A stretch of 64,000 nucleotides of DNA from assembly GCA_964547425.1 (NCBI GenBank), contig CAZJNH010000002.1:1028-65027 (forward strand). The letters run 5' to 3'. The notes beneath the pieces are model-generated. The model ran no database searches and was not told the origin of the DNA. It saw only the letters and a list, made by a program, of their open reading frames with translations. Of this stretch, positions 59,799-64,000 are shown piece by piece. The stretch comes from an uncultured Candidatus Saccharibacteria bacterium (GTDB lineage: Bacteria; Patescibacteriota; Saccharimonadia; UBA4664; CAZJNH01). Made by a program: the position numbers and the translations under genes. Position 1 is the stretch's first letter; every line of letters begins with the position of its first letter.

Positions 59799-59871
59799 TT
59801 ATTCACCTCTCAAGGTTCGGGGTGCTCGAAACCGAGCAGTACAAAGTAACAGATTTTGGAAAAAAAGGAAA

Positions 59872-59902
59872 GCAAAAGCCCCTAGAATTCAGGGACTTTT
59901 GC
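59872..59902 (-). terminator. intrinsic terminator
   Basis: gcaaaagcccct..agggacttttgc hairpin, T-rich tail on minus strand. Confidence 0.55.
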
Positions 59903-59945
59903 TAGCCGTTTTGGCGGTGTTACAAAAGCTTGTTTCTAGGGGCCG

Positions 59946-60356
59946 TTAGGCCACGGTCTGCCCAATCCGTACGGTCTTCATGATCGTGATAATCTTGACG
60001 GACTCGTACGGTAGGTTGAGCTTTCGCTCAACTCTTCGGCAGATATGCCGGTGGATCTGGAGCCGACGAGTGAGCGCGGCTTGGGATCGGGAGTTCTGGG
60101 TAGCCAACCCGATCTTGACGCCATCGAGCTCAATACTCGTTACCCAGCCGGTGTCGGTCAGGACGGTGACCTCGTAAAGGCGGTTTCGCCTTAGATCATC
60201 GCCTTTGAGAGCCTCGGCTCGCTCTTCGAACTGACGCTCATACCTCTCGGTCTGAACAATCATTCTTTCGATCCCCTCGGCGACCTGGCCACAATTCCAG
60301 CAATCTTCACCGAAGGTAGTTTCTGCTCCACAAACCGGACAGTCAACAGAGTACAT
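59946..60356 (-). CDS. orphan protein with N-terminal zinc ribbon
   Basis: CPVC..CWNC; SD AAGGAG. Confidence 0.6.
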   Translation of the reverse strand: MYSVDCPVCGAETTFGEDCWNCGQVAEGIERMIVQTERYERQFEERAEALKGDDLRRNRLYEVTVLTDTGWVTSIELDGVKIGLATQNSRSQAALTRRLQIHRHICRRVERKLNLPYESVKIITIMKTVRIGQTVA

Positions 60357-60463
60357 TTAAGACTCCTTGATCAGGGGAAAGGTACGATTAACAGGAGAGA
60401 TTCTAGCATAATCACCTAAACCTGTCAATACCGCTTAAGCTTCCCCAACCTGATAATTCCAAA

Positions 60464-60521
60464 CCTTGTATTTTCCCTATCTGTTAAGGGTGTAACCCTT
60501 TTCAGGTTAGAGAAATACATG
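60464..60521. repeat. REP/REPIN-like hairpin, RAYT-2 family copy E (inverted)
   Basis: ccttgtattttccctatctgttaagggtgtaacccttttcaggttagagaaatacatg. Confidence 0.85.
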
Positions 60522-60599
60522 TTTTTGGTGCTGGTCAAAGTAAGCATAAGGGGTATATATTGATATGTAGACGGGACGATGTAGCACCTTGAGGAGGCG

Positions 60600-61652
60600 A
60601 TGGGGGTGCGCAGACACAAGCGTAGACGCAGGTTGCGGTGGCTGATTCTGGCTGGACTGGCTCTACTGGGAGCAGCGCCGGCCGAGGCCGACTCACCGGT
60701 CTTCAATCAGAAGGTGTTGATGCCGGGGGTGAAGGTGTTTCAGTACAAATCTTCGGCGATAGCCCAACCAAACCTGGTGCACGTCGCCGAGGTGGATAAG
60801 AGCGCCCCGGTGGAGTGGAAGGTGGTTTCGCTTGGCATAAAGACCCCGGTCAGCGACCTCTGCCGTTTGAGTCATTGCCTGGTCGGGGCGAACGCGGGCT
60901 TTTTTAAGCCGAACGGACAGCCGGTACCTGGATCCAACTCTCAAGTCCAGCAGCTTCTGGGCCTGAGCGTTCCGGGTATTGGTCCGGGCACGGCGATCCT
61001 GCTGAAGGGCGGCAGATCCGCTAGCTTCGCGCCGGATGGCAGCTTCACCGACGTGAGGCATCCGCGTACCATCGTTTGCGATCGGCCAAACAGCCGGTTA
61101 CTGGTAACGGTCGATGGCCGCCAACCGGGCAGCCGCGGTATTAATCTGGACGAAGCCTCAGTTTTGGCCAAAAGCCTGGGCTGCGTCTGGGCGGTGAACT
61201 TCGACGGCGGCGGTTCGACAACGCTGGCCGTTCAGGGCGGCAAAGTCGTGAACCATCCGGTTGGCACGCTGGTGAAACGCGCTGGGGTCGTGATAGCGGT
61301 TGACGGAGTGCGGCGAGGCGATATCGTCTTGAAGCAGTACGTGCCGGTGCCGGTCGCGAACGCGCTGGTCGCCGTATCGAAACCGCAGTCGGCACAGGTC
61401 ATGGCCAAGACAGTAGCTAAGCCCGTGATGCCGGTAAACGCGATCCTTGGAGGCAAGGTTGCCGAGTCGGCTTTGCCTCAGCGCTTGAAGGCGCGGCCTG
61501 CCAGCCATCACGGTTCAGGGAGTCTGAAGTGGCTGGCAGCTATGAGCGTTTTGGCGGCCTACTTCAGTGGGCTGACAGTTCAGCGCCAGATCAAACGAAA
61601 AGCCGGTCCGCCATCAGGCGGATCGGCTTTCGCGTTTTTTAAGTTGTCATGA
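60600..61652 (+). CDS. phosphodiester glycosidase (NAGPA/DUF2233) family secreted protein
   Basis: NAGFF, HPRT, VTVDGRQ, A.NFDGGGST, V.NAL. Confidence 0.85.
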   Translation: MGVRRHKRRRRLRWLILAGLALLGAAPAEADSPVFNQKVLMPGVKVFQYKSSAIAQPNLVHVAEVDKSAPVEWKVVSLGIKTPVSDLCRLSHCLVGANAGFFKPNGQPVPGSNSQVQQLLGLSVPGIGPGTAILLKGGRSASFAPDGSFTDVRHPRTIVCDRPNSRLLVTVDGRQPGSRGINLDEASVLAKSLGCVWAVNFDGGGSTTLAVQGGKVVNHPVGTLVKRAGVVIAVDGVRRGDIVLKQYVPVPVANALVAVSKPQSAQVMAKTVAKPVMPVNAILGGKVAESALPQRLKARPASHHGSGSLKWLAAMSVLAAYFSGLTVQRQIKRKAGPPSGGSAFAFFKLS

Positions 61653-61823
61653 GGCTTTTCTAGATTTGCCGCCGATCCGCCCGATTTTCGACATGTGGTC
61701 GCGGTTCTTACTTACAGCGGTTCCGCCCTTACGTCCGATTTCAGCGAAAAAAGTCGCCCCGTGCCTTTTGGCGGTGGCCTGCCCGCCTCTTTTACCGGCC
61801 TCGCTCCGATTCATTTTTGCCAA
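61647..61823 (-). CDS. KGG-repeat general stress protein (GsiB/YciG-like; missing from ORF track, 58 aa)
   Basis: AAGGAGGTG SD, TTG start; EAGKRGG..EIGRKGG..KIGRIGG. Confidence 0.85.
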   Translation of the reverse strand: MAKMNRSEAGKRGGQATAKRHGATFFAEIGRKGGTAVSKNRDHMSKIGRIGGKSRKAS

Positions 61824-61924
61824 ATCACACCTCCTTACTCAACCTAAACTACCATTCCGGCAGGCTCACCGCGTCGTCTAAGTTCCAAAAATAGTGGCTT
61901 GCGCGTTGCGGTAGAATGGTAGTA

Positions 61925-62176
61925 ATGACTAAAGTTAAGATCTACACCACTTCAACCTGCGCCTACTGCCGAGCCGAAAAGGCGTTTTTTGATGCCAAAG
62001 GCGTCAAATACGAGGAGGCACACGCCGATACCGACGTCGAAGCGGCCAAGGAGATGATCGCGATTTCGGGCCAGATGGGTGTGCCGTTTACGGTGATCAC
62101 CCACGACGACGGACACCAGGTCGGAATCCTCGGTTTCGACCAACCGCGGCTGTCGGCTGAACTTGGTTTGAAATGA
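61925..62176 (+). CDS. glutaredoxin/NrdH-like protein
   Basis: IYTT.TCAYC, SGQMGVP, GFD. Confidence 0.9.
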   Translation: MTKVKIYTTSTCAYCRAEKAFFDAKGVKYEEAHADTDVEAAKEMIAISGQMGVPFTVITHDDGHQVGILGFDQPRLSAELGLK

Positions 62177-63105
62177 AAACGGCTGACCTGGCGATTATCG
62201 GCGCCGGACCAGCCGGATTGGCGGCGGCGATTTATACTTCGCGGGAAGACATTCAAACCATTGTCCTGGAACGCGACGTGATTAGCGGGGGCTTGGCTTC
62301 GCAAACGGCCGTTATCGATAATTACCCCGGTTTTCCAGATGGCATCGATGGTCCGGAATTAGGCGAAAAGCTAGCCGCCCAGGCCAAACGCTTCGGCGCC
62401 GAAATTATTACCGGCCAAACGGTTGAATCTATTGCCTCAAACGCCGGAAAACCTCTTGTTTCAACCAGCAGCGAGCAGTATCAGGCCAAAGCCGTCTTAA
62501 TCGCTACCGGCAACCACTATCGCCGGCTCGGTATTCCGAACGAACAAGAATTAACCGGCCGCGGCGTACATTACTGCGCGACCTGTGACGGCCCGCTTTA
62601 CCGCGACAAAAAACTGGCGGTGGTCGGCGGCGGCAACTCGGCGATGCAAGAAGGGTTATTTTTAACCAAATTCGCCACTCACATCGACCTGCTGGTTCGC
62701 GGCGACAAATTGAAAGGGACCGAACTGCTAATCGAGCAAGTCCAGAAGAATCCTAAAATTACCGTCCACTACCAAACCGAAGTAACAGCGCTGACCGGCG
62801 ACAAAATGCTAAGCGGTGTCTCCGTCACCAATAAGACTAACGACCAATCGTCTCCGCTCGAAGTCGATGGTGTCTTCGTCTTTATAGGGCTAGTGCCGAA
62901 CACCGATTGGCTGCAGGGCATACTCAAACTCGATCCGCAGGGTTTTATCGTTACCGACGAGAACTTTCAAACCAGTTTACCAGGAGTGTTTGCTGCGGGC
63001 GATGTGCGGGCAGGTTCAACCTACCAGATCGCCAGCGCCACCGGTGAAGCCGTTAGCGCCGCGTTAGTAATCCGCAAATACCTGGAAGAAAACCCCGCAA
63101 AATAG
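62173..63105 (+). CDS. trxB: thioredoxin reductase
   Basis: IIGAGPAG, NYPGF, GVHYCATCDG, VGGGNSA, GVFAAGD. Confidence 0.95.
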   Translation: MKTADLAIIGAGPAGLAAAIYTSREDIQTIVLERDVISGGLASQTAVIDNYPGFPDGIDGPELGEKLAAQAKRFGAEIITGQTVESIASNAGKPLVSTSSEQYQAKAVLIATGNHYRRLGIPNEQELTGRGVHYCATCDGPLYRDKKLAVVGGGNSAMQEGLFLTKFATHIDLLVRGDKLKGTELLIEQVQKNPKITVHYQTEVTALTGDKMLSGVSVTNKTNDQSSPLEVDGVFVFIGLVPNTDWLQGILKLDPQGFIVTDENFQTSLPGVFAAGDVRAGSTYQIASATGEAVSAALVIRKYLEENPAK

Positions 63106-63168
63106 CTTGCCCGTACCCGTTAGACATGCTAAATTTAGCTGCGACTCATTAAGTTTCCGGAGTTATTT

Positions 63169-64000
63169 TTGTTTAATTTCAGCGCTATTAATTTAGCTCA
63201 TTTAGCCGCCGTCGTTGCCATTCTTTACGCCGTGCGCAGCATGGTTAAAGTTCTCAAAACTCCGGCCGGCAGCCCAAAAATGAAGGAAATCGCCGCCGCC
63301 ATTCAAGAAGGCGCCGCGGCATATTTGGCCCGCCAGTATCGGGTTGTGGCATCAATCGCGGTGATCGTTGGGGCTATTTTGATCTGGGCTTTTGGCTGGC
63401 GAACCGGGGTTGGATTTGGAATCGGGGCGGCTTTTTCAGCGGTTGCCGGGTATTTGGGCATGTTTGTGGCTGTTCGAGCAAACGCCAGAACGGCTGAAGC
63501 GGCCAAGAAGGGTATGCCCGACGCTTTTGGCTTAGCCTTCAGAGCCGCGACGGTTACCGGAATGTTGGTTGTCGGACTGGGATTACTAGCAGTTAGCGGC
63601 TTCTGGGCAGTCTTCCATGATATTCGAGCGATTATTGGCCTAGGTTTCGGCGCCAGCCTAATTTCAGTGTTTGCCCGGCTGGGCGGCGGAATCTTCACTA
63701 AAGGTGCCGATGTGGGTGCCGACCTGGTTGGCAAAGTTGAGGCTGGAATCCCCGAGGACGACCCGCGCAATCCGGCGGTGATCGCCGACAATGTAGGAGA
63801 TAACGTCGGAGACGTAGCCGGAATGGCCGCCGACTTGTTCGAAACCTATGCAATTACACTCGTAGCTGCCATGTTGCTGGGCTCACTGATTTTTCCAGGC
63901 CAAACCGAACCCCTGCTTTATCCATTACTGATGGGCGCGGCAGCTATCGTCGGTTCGGTGATTGGTTTCGGCTTCGTCAAGGTCACCAAAAAAGGCAACA
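63169..64000 (+). CDS. hppA: membrane-bound H+/Na+-translocating pyrophosphatase (partial, runs off window)
   Basis: [16 protein letters not shown]; [44 protein letters not shown]. Confidence 0.95.
   Translation, partial: MFNFSAINLAHLAAVVAILYAVRSMVKVLKTPAGSPKMKEIAAAIQEGAAAYLARQYRVVASIAVIVGAILIWAFGWRTGVGFGIGAAFSAVAGYLGMFVAVRANARTAEAAKKGMPDAFGLAFRAATVTGMLVVGLGLLAVSGFWAVFHDIRAIIGLGFGASLISVFARLGGGIFTKGADVGADLVGKVEAGIPEDDPRNPAVIADNVGDNVGDVAGMAADLFETYAITLVAAMLLGSLIFPGQTEPLLYPLLMGAAAIVGSVIGFGFVKVTKKGN

Noticed and set aside
60425-60706. 93-aa minus-strand ORF
   Set aside because: Antisense to the NAGPA-like gene start and crosses a REP hairpin
61666-61881. 71-aa plus-strand ORF
   Set aside because: Antisense shadow of the KGG-repeat gene
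63303-63791. 162-aa minus-strand ORF
   Set aside because: Antisense shadow of hppA

Overview
64-kb chromosomal segment of a bacterium that looks like Patescibacteria/CPR, probably Saccharimonadia-like. This is inferred from the compact overlapping genes, short AlaRS/MetRS, NUDIX-inserted LeuRS, a divergent FtsA-like gene next to a 'baseplate J'-like gene, pilin-type signal peptides and many orphan secreted proteins. Housekeeping blocks (pgk-tpiA, pcrA, rpfB-like/rsmA/metG/tatD, iscS/mnmA/alaS, ruvX/mltG, obgE, murF/leuS, rpmF-nusB-rnc, rpsP-khpA-trmD, sod, DEAD-box helicase, purN, grx-trxB, partial hppA) alternate with accessory genes. There are three intact tRNAs (Ala-CGC, Ala-GGC, Gln-CTG). 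The most unusual items are: (1) a five-gene minus-strand operon (46889->43536) encoding a 64-aa two-Cys hydrophobic peptide, an RRE-like/M50 intramembrane protease fusion, an ABC transporter and a small membrane protein, i.e. a candidate minimal RiPP/bacteriocin system in a CPR; (2) a tRNA-Ala-like gene split into 5' and 3' halves by an insert carrying a GIY-YIG nuclease plus a complete tRNA-Ala(GGC), bounded by a 30-bp direct repeat in which a palindrome replaces the anticodon arm; (3) two REP-associated tyrosine transposases, each with its own GGGT-N3-ACCC palindrome family, one dispersed in five copies; (4) a cytochrome P450 / DUF998-like / DUF2156-like locus; (5) widespread apparently leaderless housekeeping genes and candidate AUU starts on two cell-wall hydrolases. 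All family calls come from motif recognition by eye; no searches were run.
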